This document shows positions 26,473-36,322 of a stretch of 64,000 bases of DNA, in pieces. Source of the DNA: Bdellovibrionota bacterium FG-1 (GTDB lineage: Bacteria; Bdellovibrionota; UBA1018); the NCBI GenBank assembly GCA_051382295.1, contig JBBCAW010000008.1:96001-160000 (forward strand), given 5' to 3'. The translations under genes and the position numbers were made by a program. Each line of letters starts with the position of its first letter. Position 1 is the stretch's first letter. The notes beneath the pieces are model-generated. The model was not told the DNA's origin and ran no database searches. It saw only the letters and a program-made list of their open reading frames with translations.

Positions 26473-27351
26473 TCACTCAGAAGACGCCTCCAGCAAAATC
26501 GGAAGATACTTATTAACCACCTGCTCATGATCGACATCAGAGAAGGCAAACCCAACCCGATCTCCCCGCACCATCGGTGCGTTCAGAGGGACATTGCTAC
26601 CCTGGAAAAAGGGGATCCCGGCCCCGCGAAGCGCCTCCATCGTTTTCTGATTAGCCCGATTGAGCTCTTCTGAACCCGGCTGATAAACACTCCAAAACCG
26701 ATGATTCGGACTTTGGGCAAAAACCGCAAAAACCTCGGACCGCCCATAAAGACCATCGAGCAAATACAACTCCTGAATCTGTTCCGTGTACTCTCCGTTT
26801 TGAATGATCATTGAAAGTGCGCGGTACGACCCACTATGCCCAGAAAGCGTAATCCGGCCCGGAACTGAATTTTGCGCCAAGCCGACCGCCTGAAACAAAG
26901 TCCCCATCCGCGCCACGAACGCGTGAAAATGAGGCCCATCCGCCAACTCCCTGTCATACTCCGCGCACAGTCCCGTGCTATGAGGAACAACCATCAAAGC
27001 ATTGCGCTGAGAGGCGGCCAGCACATGAGCTAAATCGTATTGGGCCAACTTCTTCTTCAGAGGTGCCGCTTCAACATTATGGCCATGGAGATGCAAAATC
27101 ATTTCCGGAAAAGCCGCCACCCGGTACCGAGGCGGAATCAAAACCGCCACTTCACCCGAATAGCCGTCAATCCGCCCGATGCAACTCAGACTTTGCGTCG
27201 CAACGGGTAAATTACAGGTAAATCCTCGGTGCTGTAAATCAGAGGAAACCGCACTAAAATCGATACTCGCCCCGGCGAAGGCGACTGCATTCGTACAACA
27301 GCCCAACAGGCCGCTGAAAAAGAGCAGACCAAATTTTGCCCAAACCAACAT
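26473..27351 (-). CDS. Secreted alpha/beta-hydrolase-fold protein
   Basis: Signal peptide, LHLHGH, GHSGS nucleophile elbow, LLDGLY, late His. Confidence 0.7.
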   Translation of the reverse strand: MLVWAKFGLLFFSGLLGCCTNAVAFAGASIDFSAVSSDLQHRGFTCNLPVATQSLSCIGRIDGYSGEVAVLIPPRYRVAAFPEMILHLHGHNVEAAPLKKKLAQYDLAHVLAASQRNALMVVPHSTGLCAEYDRELADGPHFHAFVARMGTLFQAVGLAQNSVPGRITLSGHSGSYRALSMIIQNGEYTEQIQELYLLDGLYGRSEVFAVFAQSPNHRFWSVYQPGSEELNRANQKTMEALRGAGIPFFQGSNVPLNAPMVRGDRVGFAFSDVDHEQVVNKYLPILLEASSE

Positions 27352-27356
27352 TCAGC

Positions 27357-28061
27357 TCAAATGCCGAGCAAAATAAAAGCCAGCCACAGAACAAACCCAG
27401 AAATCACCGGAATCGTAAAGTTATCATCCATCTCAAGCGGCACGAGCTCCGCCAATCCTCCGGCCAGCCCCCCCGTCAGGGTGAGAACAGCGAGAGAGGC
27501 CCCAGACACTGGAACCGTCTTCAGAAAAACAAAAGTCACGACCGTGCAAGTCAGTATGCCGGCTAGCGTTCCAATCAAAGATTTACCATTAGCAAAGCGG
27601 ATGCTCTTTTTTCCATAGAGGATACCGAAAAAAGAAGCAATCGGATCGCCGCAGGCCAAATACAAGATACTCAGTACGGCCACAGGCTTAGGGAAAATCG
27701 CGATCGCCAGCATCGAGGCGGCAATATAATAAGGAACACCGCTCACCCGATTCACTTCGCACGCTCTCATCACCGGGCCCATCACCTTAACTACGCGATC
27801 ATTAATACCCGGCACCTGAAGACGAACGGTCTCAAGGAAAAGATTAATGCCCAAGCAAGAACCTAAAATCACCATCGCCATGCCGACCTGAATCCCCGAC
27901 AGATAAACGAAGGCGATCACCATGCCCATGAACATGTGCCAAATCTTACGGGCCAGGTGCAAATCAGTCCGAACTTGGAGTCGAACAGGAAAAAGTGCCG
28001 GAAAAAATGAAACCGTGACTGAAGAATTTCTAGAGGCTGGAGCGGTACGATCCATATTCAC
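27357..28061 (-). CDS. SEC59/DGK1/VTE5-family CTP-dependent lipid kinase
   Basis: RKIWH, GDPIASFFG, GKSLIG, DDNFTIP. Confidence 0.85.
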   Translation of the reverse strand: MNMDRTAPASRNSSVTVSFFPALFPVRLQVRTDLHLARKIWHMFMGMVIAFVYLSGIQVGMAMVILGSCLGINLFLETVRLQVPGINDRVVKVMGPVMRACEVNRVSGVPYYIAASMLAIAIFPKPVAVLSILYLACGDPIASFFGILYGKKSIRFANGKSLIGTLAGILTCTVVTFVFLKTVPVSGASLAVLTLTGGLAGGLAELVPLEMDDNFTIPVISGFVLWLAFILLGI

Positions 28062-28098
28062 AAATCCTCATTTTGTCTTGTAGCGTTACCGCCTACTA

Positions 28099-28114
28099 AG
28101 CAACGAAAGTGCCA
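28099..28114 (-). promoter_or_regulatory. sigma54 (-24/-12) promoter
   Basis: Minus strand TGGCAC-TTTCG-TTGCT, consensus match, ~40 bp before the lipid kinase gene. Confidence 0.75.
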
Positions 28115-28447
28115 TCCTTCGATATTTATTGAAGTTTTTTGAATAAAATTCTGCTTAAAATTCACCATTACTTTCAAATATTTAGACCTAAATAAAAAAA
28201 CGCATCGCGTCATTACGCTTCTTCATTTTTAAAGATTTCAAAGAGTTGGGAAAACCTCTACGCAAAGAAGGTACTAATGCGCGTAGTCATCTATACAGCC
28301 CCAGGATTATTCTAATTATCTTGACACTCCAAGCTAAGCCTAAGATCCTAAGATAGGGAATCGTTCGCATTTGCAACCATCCCCTGCTCGCATGGAATTC
28401 GCGAGTAAAGACAGACTCTCGAAAAACGAGAAGAAAAAGGACGATCC

Positions 28448-29476
28448 ATGGAAGGAAGCGTCAATTATGAATCCGGTAGCCCGGCAGAAGAAGAATTGGA
28501 AAATCGTGATGGAGATCAAAATCCATTCGACGCGATTTCAGTTTCTACCACAACCCGGGTCAAGCAAGTCTGGGCCATTGGCGGGGGAAAAGGTGGCGTC
28601 GGCAAAAGCCTGGTTGCCTCGAGTCTTGCCATTTCGCTTTCAAGAACCGGCAACAAGGTCACGGCGGTTGACCTCGACTTGGGGGGAGCCAACCTTCACA
28701 CCACATTAGGTGTCGACCTCCCCAGACAAACCCTGAGCGACTTTTTCGCAAACCGCGTACCGTCGCTGGATAAATGCACGATTCCAACTGGAATCCCCAA
28801 CCTCGACCTCATCAGCGGTGCCCAAGATTCGGTGGGGGTCGCCAACCTGAACTTTCAAGACAAGGTCCGTTTGCTTCAAAAGATGCGTGAAGTGGATAGC
28901 GACTACCTGGTCATTGATCTGGGGGCGGGCACTTCAAGTAATACAATTGATTTCTTTTTATATGCCGACGTCGGCATTCTCACGATGTTGCCCGAACCGA
29001 CTTCGATTGAAAACGGCTATCGTTTCATCAAAAGCGCCTATTATCGAAGGCTCAAACATTCGAGGTTTCTCAAGGAAATTCGTCCGTTGGTAGAAATGGC
29101 CATGGATGCACAAAATCCAATGGGCATAAAATCGCCCTCGGATCTGTTTCGAGAGGTCAATAAACAAAGCCCCGAAGCCGGCCTCAGACTGAAGCAAGAG
29201 ATCGAAAAATTTAAGCCCAAACTCATCATTAACCAAACTCGCACACAAACCGATATCGATATTGGGTTTTCAGTCAAAGCGGTCTGCAAAAAGTATTTCG
29301 GAATTGAGCTCGATTATATCGGGTACCTGGACTACGACAGTGCGGTCTGGCAGGCGGTTCGCCGCAAGCGGCCGCTCATGCTCGAATTCCCCAATTCTCG
29401 ACTGGTGTCCAGTATCGATCGAGTCGTACACTATCTACTGAAACGTCATGGCCACTATCGGAACGACATTTTTTAA
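28448..29476 (+). CDS. MinD/FlhG/ParA family ATPase
   Basis: GGKGGVGKS, DLDLGGANLH, IDLGAG, PEPTSIEN. Confidence 0.88.
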   Translation: MEGSVNYESGSPAEEELENRDGDQNPFDAISVSTTTRVKQVWAIGGGKGGVGKSLVASSLAISLSRTGNKVTAVDLDLGGANLHTTLGVDLPRQTLSDFFANRVPSLDKCTIPTGIPNLDLISGAQDSVGVANLNFQDKVRLLQKMREVDSDYLVIDLGAGTSSNTIDFFLYADVGILTMLPEPTSIENGYRFIKSAYYRRLKHSRFLKEIRPLVEMAMDAQNPMGIKSPSDLFREVNKQSPEAGLRLKQEIEKFKPKLIINQTRTQTDIDIGFSVKAVCKKYFGIELDYIGYLDYDSAVWQAVRRKRPLMLEFPNSRLVSSIDRVVHYLLKRHGHYRNDIF

Positions 29477-29491
29477 ATGAGCTAACTTCAA

Positions 29492-30265
29492 ATGAGCTTC
29501 ACCAACGACACCTCTCTGTATGACATCCTCGACATTAAGCCTGATGCCTCCCCGCAGGAGGTCCGCGAGGCCTATTTACGGACCAAAGCGGCCTATAATA
29601 AGGATAGCGTTGCACTCTATACCCTGATTTCCACCGAAGAGCGCGAAAACATGCTGGCCCAGATTCAAGAGGCCTATGAAACCTTGTCCAATGCTGACCG
29701 TCGGCGCGAATACGACCGCCATCATGGCATACTCGATCAAGAAAAGGACTTCCAACCTCCGGTGCGGCCCACCCTCAACAGGAAAATCATCTCCATCGAC
29801 CGGGTTCCTCCCATGGAACATTCAGCCAATAGTGAAAGTCTATTGATCGCGCCGACCACCGACTTTACGGACGACACCAAGCCAACACCTTCGCCAGACG
29901 CCCCTCCTGCTCCGGCCCCACCTTTGGCCACCGTAACGTCCATCACACCCCAAATACAGCCCCGCAACCCCGAACAGGCGCTAACCCAAGAAATCGCGCA
30001 GGAAATCGAATGGAAGGGCTCTTTTTTGAGGCGGGTCCGTGAAGGGCGCAAGATGTCGATTGAGGAACTTTCCGGCATCACCAAGGTCAGCAAAAACTAT
30101 CTGCAAGCCATTGAGGAAGAAAATTTTCCCAAGTTGCCCGCGCCTGTTTTTTTGCGAGGCTTTGTTACCCAATTAGCGAAAACTCTTCGAATTCCTCACG
30201 AGCAAGTCGTTGCCGCCTATATGGCTCGCTTTCAACAATCCCGAGCTGAAAAGACGCCGCGGTGA
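29492..30265 (+). CDS. J-like domain + RodZ-type HTH protein
   Basis: LYDILDI...AYETLSN..RRREYD; C-terminal YLQAIEEENF..LPAPVFLRGF. Confidence 0.8.
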   Translation: MSFTNDTSLYDILDIKPDASPQEVREAYLRTKAAYNKDSVALYTLISTEERENMLAQIQEAYETLSNADRRREYDRHHGILDQEKDFQPPVRPTLNRKIISIDRVPPMEHSANSESLLIAPTTDFTDDTKPTPSPDAPPAPAPPLATVTSITPQIQPRNPEQALTQEIAQEIEWKGSFLRRVREGRKMSIEELSGITKVSKNYLQAIEEENFPKLPAPVFLRGFVTQLAKTLRIPHEQVVAAYMARFQQSRAEKTPR

Positions 30266-31278
30266 CCAGTACGTGGAGCTGGGCCGCCGATGATCAGGCC
30301 AGCGCGCTCCGCGCAGACCTCGCCATTCTGAAAGCGCTCGAGCAACGATTGGGCGCCTGGTCCGGCCCGGAAATTTACCCCTCCCGAAACCAGCTACAAC
30401 GCCTGATGAATGAAGAACAAGTCTTTGCGGATGGCACGCCAATCAAGGCTAAAGTCAAATTATTGGCTGGCACGCTCATCCAAGTCCATTTTCCAGAGCC
30501 TCGCCCCGTAGGCCTGATTCCTGAGGCACGTCCCCTGGATATTCTTTTTCAAGATGCGCACATTGTGGTTTTGAACAAGCCTCCGGGCTTGACCGTGCAT
30601 CCCTCTGAAACGCAGAACGAAGGGACCTTGGTTCATGCGCTTCTTTTTCATATTAAAGATCTGAGCGGAATCGGCGGCGAAATGCGCCCGGGTATCGTGC
30701 ACCGGATCGATAAAAACACCAGTGGCGCACTCGTCATCACCAAAACGGACACCGCTCACCGGGCTTTAGCTGAGACCTTTGCTCGCCATGATATTGAGCG
30801 CGTTTACTGGGCCTATTGCTTTGGTTCGCCTACGACTGGCGCGGGACGGATCGAAAATTTGATTGGCCGAAACCCCCATGATCGAAAGAAAATGGCCATC
30901 ACCGTGAGCGAGGGAAGGCGCGCAGTCACGCATTACCGACGCATTGAAGAATATGGTCTACCCAAATTTCAGCCCTTCGCGAGCTGGCTGGAAGCACGCT
31001 TGGAAACGGGACGTACTCATCAAGTCCGGGTTCACTTAACAGGACTCGGACATTCACTCTTAGGCGATCCAACTTATGGCGTGCCAACTGAGAAGCATCC
31101 AAAATGGCTGGCAATGCCGCCCCTGATTCGCGAAAAAGTACTTAAACTTCCTGGGCAGGCCCTTCATGCCCGGGTACTCGGCTTTACCCACCCGATAACA
31201 GGCGAAAAGCTGCGTTTTGAAGCCGAACCCCCAGCCGCCCTCCAAGCACTGATGGACGCCCTTAAACCCTACGCCTGA
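30262..31278 (+). CDS. rluD: RluA-family 23S rRNA pseudouridine synthase (RluD-like)
   Basis: NKPPGLTVHP, RPGIVHRIDKNTSG, LETGRTHQVRVH, QALHA. Confidence 0.88.
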   Translation: MTSTWSWAADDQASALRADLAILKALEQRLGAWSGPEIYPSRNQLQRLMNEEQVFADGTPIKAKVKLLAGTLIQVHFPEPRPVGLIPEARPLDILFQDAHIVVLNKPPGLTVHPSETQNEGTLVHALLFHIKDLSGIGGEMRPGIVHRIDKNTSGALVITKTDTAHRALAETFARHDIERVYWAYCFGSPTTGAGRIENLIGRNPHDRKKMAITVSEGRRAVTHYRRIEEYGLPKFQPFASWLEARLETGRTHQVRVHLTGLGHSLLGDPTYGVPTEKHPKWLAMPPLIREKVLKLPGQALHARVLGFTHPITGEKLRFEAEPPAALQALMDALKPYA

Positions 31279-31957
31279 CCACGGAATACTGCGCCGTACT
31301 TTTTCCCTCACGCCGATAGCTATGGAAAAGAAACTTTCCCGCACTGTCCACCGCACAGCGCGTGCAGGCCCGCAGCAAATCTACTTCGGCCAGGCCAATA
31401 GCACGGAGTTCTGCCGCATTGATAGCCGGAAGATCGAGCATTCGACCCGAGGTCTTCAATGAAAATTCGTGACGAAAATCACCGGCCAGTTCTTGACTGA
31501 CTTCATAGCAGCAAGGACCAATGGCTGGCCCGACCGCGGCTACCCAATCCGAAGGAACCTGACCACGGTCGCTCAGACGCTTCCAGAGCGCACGAAGGAT
31601 CCGAGCCCGAGTCCCGCGCCATCCCGCATGAACCGCAGCAACCGCTCCCCCATCCCGTCGAGCCAATAAGATCGGCACACAATCCGCATGAGTGACGGCA
31701 ACAGGAAGCTCCGCAGAAAAACTAAAAAAGGCATCGACTTCCCCTCCCTTTTGCCCAGGCTCCTTGATTTCACAAGTCGCTATGCCATGCACCTGCTTCC
31801 AATTCGCCTTTTTTTCTTTCCAGTCGGACATTTCGCGCTCAGGGGTCGGGTCGGCGAAACTTCCGAACGAATGCACGAGTGCTGGAATCGTGGCCAGTAA
31901 TTTACTTTGTGGACGCGGTGGGCACGTCATGGACATTGGGGCGGACCTCCAGTTCAT
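31262..31957 (-). CDS. pgeF: PgeF/YfiH family (purine nucleoside phosphorylase/polyphenol oxidase-like)
   Basis: QVHG, ADCVPILL, HAGWRG, GPAIGPCCYEV, SYRR; true start probably slightly downstream. Confidence 0.88.
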   Translation of the reverse strand: MNWRSAPMSMTCPPRPQSKLLATIPALVHSFGSFADPTPEREMSDWKEKKANWKQVHGIATCEIKEPGQKGGEVDAFFSFSAELPVAVTHADCVPILLARRDGGAVAAVHAGWRGTRARILRALWKRLSDRGQVPSDWVAAVGPAIGPCCYEVSQELAGDFRHEFSLKTSGRMLDLPAINAAELRAIGLAEVDLLRACTRCAVDSAGKFLFHSYRREGKSTAQYSVVRRRV

Positions 31958-33512
31958 CGAAACGAATCACGCCAAAGGGGTTCACTCGAAATCGAACCAC
32001 TCGGCTAGAAATCGCATGATTTTGAACATAATAATAAATCGGCACCACAATCGCTTCATCCTGAACCAAGAGTTTTTGGGCTTCGATCAGTTTCTGAACC
32101 TTCCGGGGTCCGGAAGGAAGGGTGCTGATTTCCATAATCAGTTGATCGTATCGTTGATTGGACCAGTTCAGATAGTTATTGGGATCTCCCGTGACGAAAG
32201 ACTGCAAAATTTGAATCGGATCCCTGAAAGGAGACAGAATCCCCAATCTAAATAAATGAGGCGGATCCGTCTGTACGGTTTTCAAATAGGTCTTCCAATC
32301 TAGGTTATTCAAACTGAGTTTGATCCCCAGCGTAGCTCGAAGATCCTGCTGAATTTTTTCCATCAAAAGACTATTTCTTTGACTGGTATCGAAGGCCCCC
32401 CTCAAGTTAACCGTGCCGTGCACCTGGGAACGAACCGCCGCAATAGCTGGGGCAAAAAGTTGCGCGAGGTCCTGATTTTCAATATGACCTTCAAGGCCGG
32501 GAGGTAACCAGCTTGTAGCCACGACCCCGCCCGAATCCAGTGCCTTGACGAGCTCAACTCTGCGAATAGCCCCAGAAACCGCCTGACGCCAAACCCGATC
32601 GTTAAAAGGCGGTTTTCGCCAATTGAACGCCAAATAATAAGTGGCAAAAAAAGGATCGGTTCGAATGACTCCTTGTTTACGGAGTCGAGCCAAATCAGCC
32701 GTGGGCACCTGCGTTAGTATATCTAATTTACCCTGCTCAAAAAGATGAAGTCCTGTGGTTTCATCGGCAATAATCAAAAACTCAACCCAACCTCGCTTGC
32801 GGAAAGTATCCCAATAAAAAGGGTTCGGTTCAAAAACGATTCGCTGGTCAATTTCGTGCCGCTGAATTCGATAAGGTCCAGTGCAAGGCGCGGTGTCAGG
32901 CCATTTTTGACCATGAGAATTCAAAATATCTTCACGCTCAGGAAGTGCCACAGGAAGTGTCAAAACCTCGACAAAATAATGAGTTACACGCTCCAGTTCA
33001 ATAATCAGCTTTCCCTTCTCATCACGCACCCCCAGAGAAGAAGCTGGAGTTTTACCTTCAAAAAAAGATCGTGCTCCGCGGATCGGAAAAAACATGCCGG
33101 CCAACTTTGAGCCGCTCCGGGGGTGAAGGGCGCGTCGGATCGCAGTGACGAAATCAGCCGCCACCACAGACTGGCCATCGGACCAGCGAGCCGACGGCCT
33201 TATTATAAATTCATAACGCCTTCCGTCAGAAGAAACCCTATAGGACTGAGCAAGTTTGTTTTGAAGGTTTCCCGCACCATCGTACCCCACTAGCCCCTCC
33301 ATCGTGTTCATCAAAACACGCAAGGAGGCTCCGTCTTCAGCCAATGCCGGATCCAGTGACGCGGGTTCGGCAGGAAGCTGAATCCGGATGATCTCTTTTA
33401 AGGGGGCCCGAGTTTTGGTGCGACAGGATGCAAGAAGAAACAGGAGTAAAAGCAGACCTATTGGCCCCCAAAAACGTCCCTTCGGGCGGGCTAGCAAAGA
33501 CCAAACTCCCAT
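31902..33512 (-). CDS. Peptide ABC transporter substrate-binding lipoprotein (OppA-like)
   Basis: Lipobox LASC, EPASLDP, EGLV, WSDG, TGPY. Confidence 0.88.
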   Translation of the reverse strand: MGVWSLLARPKGRFWGPIGLLLLLFLLASCRTKTRAPLKEIIRIQLPAEPASLDPALAEDGASLRVLMNTMEGLVGYDGAGNLQNKLAQSYRVSSDGRRYEFIIRPSARWSDGQSVVAADFVTAIRRALHPRSGSKLAGMFFPIRGARSFFEGKTPASSLGVRDEKGKLIIELERVTHYFVEVLTLPVALPEREDILNSHGQKWPDTAPCTGPYRIQRHEIDQRIVFEPNPFYWDTFRKRGWVEFLIIADETTGLHLFEQGKLDILTQVPTADLARLRKQGVIRTDPFFATYYLAFNWRKPPFNDRVWRQAVSGAIRRVELVKALDSGGVVATSWLPPGLEGHIENQDLAQLFAPAIAAVRSQVHGTVNLRGAFDTSQRNSLLMEKIQQDLRATLGIKLSLNNLDWKTYLKTVQTDPPHLFRLGILSPFRDPIQILQSFVTGDPNNYLNWSNQRYDQLIMEISTLPSGPRKVQKLIEAQKLLVQDEAIVVPIYYYVQNHAISSRVVRFRVNPFGVIRFDELEVRPNVHDVPTASTK

Positions 33513-33530
33513 GCTACTTCTATAACACCA

Positions 33531-34313
33531 ATGACTGATTTTCTAAGCAAGCTTCTTTCGCCTGAAACTGGAACCCTGACCTTAGGCCAAACCTTCATCG
33601 CCCTAGGCCTCGCCTATGTCGGCGGAATTTTGGCCAGCCTTACCCCGTGCGTTTATCCGATGATTCCCATCACGGTCAGCGTGGTCGGAGGCTTTGGGCG
33701 GGCCAAAAAGTATCGTTTAAGCGAGGTCTGGCTGCGCGGCCTTGCCTATGTCGGCGGCATGACCGTTATTTATTCATTTTTGGGAGTGCTCGCGGGACTC
33801 ACTGGCCGAGTTTTTGGTTCTTTTACAAACACGCCAGGGTGGTACCTATCGCTCGGCATCATCATGACTCTTGCTGCGCTGATGATGCTGGATATCATCC
33901 CGTTTGACCCTCAAGTTGGGTGGGAAGGGATCAAGCGGCGTTTTGGCAAACCCACCCCTCACCATCACCACCCGCATAACGATGCCCACGAAAAAGAGGC
34001 GACTCTCATCGGCGCATTTACATTGGGCGCATCATCCGGATTTATTGCAGCCCCCTGTACCACCCCGGTCTTGACCTCCATTCTCGCTTATATCGCCAAA
34101 ACTCAATCGATTGGTTTGGGCCTAGGATTGATGTTCTTTTTTTCGCTCGGCCTGGGTACCATTCTTCTAATCATTGCAGGTTTTGCTGGCGCCATGACTG
34201 TTTTGCCTCGTTCGGGCCAGTGGATGAAAACGATTAAAATGTTCAGTGGATTCTTGCTCCTCGGTTTTGCCGAGTACTTGATCTACATCGCTGGTACTCA
34301 CGGAGGCCTTTGA
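33531..34313 (+). CDS. CcdA/DsbD-beta family thiol:disulfide interchange membrane protein
   Basis: SLTPCVYPMIPIT, APCTTP, LPRSGQWM. Confidence 0.88.
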   Translation: MTDFLSKLLSPETGTLTLGQTFIALGLAYVGGILASLTPCVYPMIPITVSVVGGFGRAKKYRLSEVWLRGLAYVGGMTVIYSFLGVLAGLTGRVFGSFTNTPGWYLSLGIIMTLAALMMLDIIPFDPQVGWEGIKRRFGKPTPHHHHPHNDAHEKEATLIGAFTLGASSGFIAAPCTTPVLTSILAYIAKTQSIGLGLGLMFFFSLGLGTILLIIAGFAGAMTVLPRSGQWMKTIKMFSGFLLLGFAEYLIYIAGTHGGL

Positions 34314-34316
34314 TTC

Positions 34317-35498
34317 ATGACTCATTCGGTATCTCGGCCCGCTCCCCGTCGTTTTTGGGTTCTTGCTGCTCTAGCCTTAGCTGGGGTTGGATTCTCAGTT
34401 TCCTTGACACAACACTTTTATGAAATGAGAAATGGCTCGGCCGCCTTTCGCTCTTTTTGTAATATCGGGTCAACGATCAACTGCGATGTAGTGGCGGCCA
34501 GCCGCTATGCTGAAGTGTTTGGAGGGCTGCCCCTCGCGAGTTTTGCCACTGGCTGGTTTTTGGCACTTTTTGCGATTGTACTGAAGGCCAGGAATCCGTT
34601 CTGGCGCCGCGAGTGTGTTCGCGCCGCTTTAGGAATTGCCGTTTCGGGGATGCTGTTTTCGCTCGGCTATCTTTTGATCATGGTGAATATCCTCAAGACC
34701 CTTTGCCTGTTTTGTTTGGTCATTGATGGGATCAACCTCATCATCCTAGGGCTTGTCCTAAGCCTCAAACCAGAGGGATTCTCCCATCACAAACCCGACC
34801 GCGCGAAATGGAAACTTCTGCTAGGCACAGTGGGCGCTTCCCTCGTAATCGCGGTGCTCGGACTTCGAACTTTGGATGCCGGAGCCTTGCCGACGTCGAC
34901 GGTGGATGACTACGCCAATGCGGCCCTGGGTAACCCGATCCTACCCGTCAATGCTGGGCCCGAGTTTCCATCGTTCGGCCCGGCCCAAGCACCGATCACC
35001 ATTGTTGAGTTTAGCGACTTTCAATGCCCCTTTTGCCACAACGGTGCCCTCATTCTTCATTCAGTGATGGAGCGCTTTCCCAACCAAGTGAGAGTGGTCT
35101 TCCGTCATTGGCCTTTGGATCATACTTGTAACCGCAAAGTGGAGCGCCCCATGCACGCCTATGCTTGCGAAGCAGCGCGGGCCGCGGCTTGTGCTCAAAA
35201 ACAGAGCAAATTTCAGGCGGTTTATGAGACCTATTTCGAAAACCAAGCCGGCTTAGGTCTCGGGCGCGCTATTCAGCTTGCGGAACAAGCTGGCGTCAAT
35301 GGATCCGAGCTCATCACATGTATGAATTCGCCCGAAACCGCCAATATTGTGAGCCGTGACCTTGAAGAGGGCATCCAACTCGGCGTTGGCACCACGCCAA
35401 CCTTTTTTATTAACGGCCACAAAATGGAGGGCGCCATGCCTCCGTCCGTTTGGTTCAAGATCATCAATACGCTCTTAAAACAGCCGAGCCTTCACTAA
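34317..35498 (+). CDS. VKOR-DsbA fusion protein
   Basis: CNIGSTINCDVV and CLFC (VKOR); EFSDFQCPFC and TPTFFING (DsbA). Confidence 0.9.
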   Translation: MTHSVSRPAPRRFWVLAALALAGVGFSVSLTQHFYEMRNGSAAFRSFCNIGSTINCDVVAASRYAEVFGGLPLASFATGWFLALFAIVLKARNPFWRRECVRAALGIAVSGMLFSLGYLLIMVNILKTLCLFCLVIDGINLIILGLVLSLKPEGFSHHKPDRAKWKLLLGTVGASLVIAVLGLRTLDAGALPTSTVDDYANAALGNPILPVNAGPEFPSFGPAQAPITIVEFSDFQCPFCHNGALILHSVMERFPNQVRVVFRHWPLDHTCNRKVERPMHAYACEAARAAACAQKQSKFQAVYETYFENQAGLGLGRAIQLAEQAGVNGSELITCMNSPETANIVSRDLEEGIQLGVGTTPTFFINGHKMEGAMPPSVWFKIINTLLKQPSLH

Positions 35499-35512
35499 TC
35501 GGTCTACGCGAT

Positions 35513-36322
35513 ATGGAACTGCCCACGGAATTACCCGAATTGATCGACACTCATTGCCACCTCAATTATGATTACGCACCCAAGAGTGCTGATGATCTGG
35601 TTCGAGAAGCGCAAGACACAGGAATCACGACGCTGATCACGATCGGCACCAATCTTGAGGCGCTGCCCAGTATGGTTGCGATCTCTGAACGACATGCCCG
35701 AGTTTTTCATACAGTGGGAGTTCATCCTCACGATGCCGTGACCTTAGGTCCCAACGATCTTGAAAAACTGGCCATTGCCGCAAAACATCCTAAGTGCGTA
35801 GCCATCGGCGAAATCGGACTGGATTATCACTACGATCACTCTCCGAGAGACATCCAACGACAACAGTTTGAGATCCAGCTTGAGCTCGCCCTTCAAATGG
35901 ATTTGCCAGTCGTGATCCATGCAAGAGAGGCCGAAGCCGATCTACTAGAAGCCCTAAAACGCTACGCCAGCCGGCTCAAACCTGCCTCAATCCCTGGCAT
36001 TATCCATTGTTTTAGCGGCACTCAAGTTTTTGGCCAGGCTTGTGTCGAGCTAGGCTTTTACATTTCCTTTTCTGGAATCATCACTTTCAAGACTGGCGAA
36101 GACCTGCGAAAAGCAGCTCAAACCTACCCCCTGGATCGGCTTTTGGTCGAAACAGATTCGCCCTACTTAGCGCCGATTCCGTACCGCGGTAAAAAATGTG
36201 AACCCACGATGGTGCGTCTCACCGCGCAGAAACTAGCCGAAGTGAGGGGACTCCCTCTTTCAGAAATTGCAACCATCACGACCACCAATGCTCGCCGAGT
36301 CTTTAAACTTGACCAGTCTTGA
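35513..36322 (+). CDS. tatD: TatD family hydrolase
   Basis: IDTHCHL, GVHPH, IGEIGLDY, IIHCFSG, ETDSPYLAP. Confidence 0.92.
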   Translation: MELPTELPELIDTHCHLNYDYAPKSADDLVREAQDTGITTLITIGTNLEALPSMVAISERHARVFHTVGVHPHDAVTLGPNDLEKLAIAAKHPKCVAIGEIGLDYHYDHSPRDIQRQQFEIQLELALQMDLPVVIHAREAEADLLEALKRYASRLKPASIPGIIHCFSGTQVFGQACVELGFYISFSGIITFKTGEDLRKAAQTYPLDRLLVETDSPYLAPIPYRGKKCEPTMVRLTAQKLAEVRGLPLSEIATITTTNARRVFKLDQS

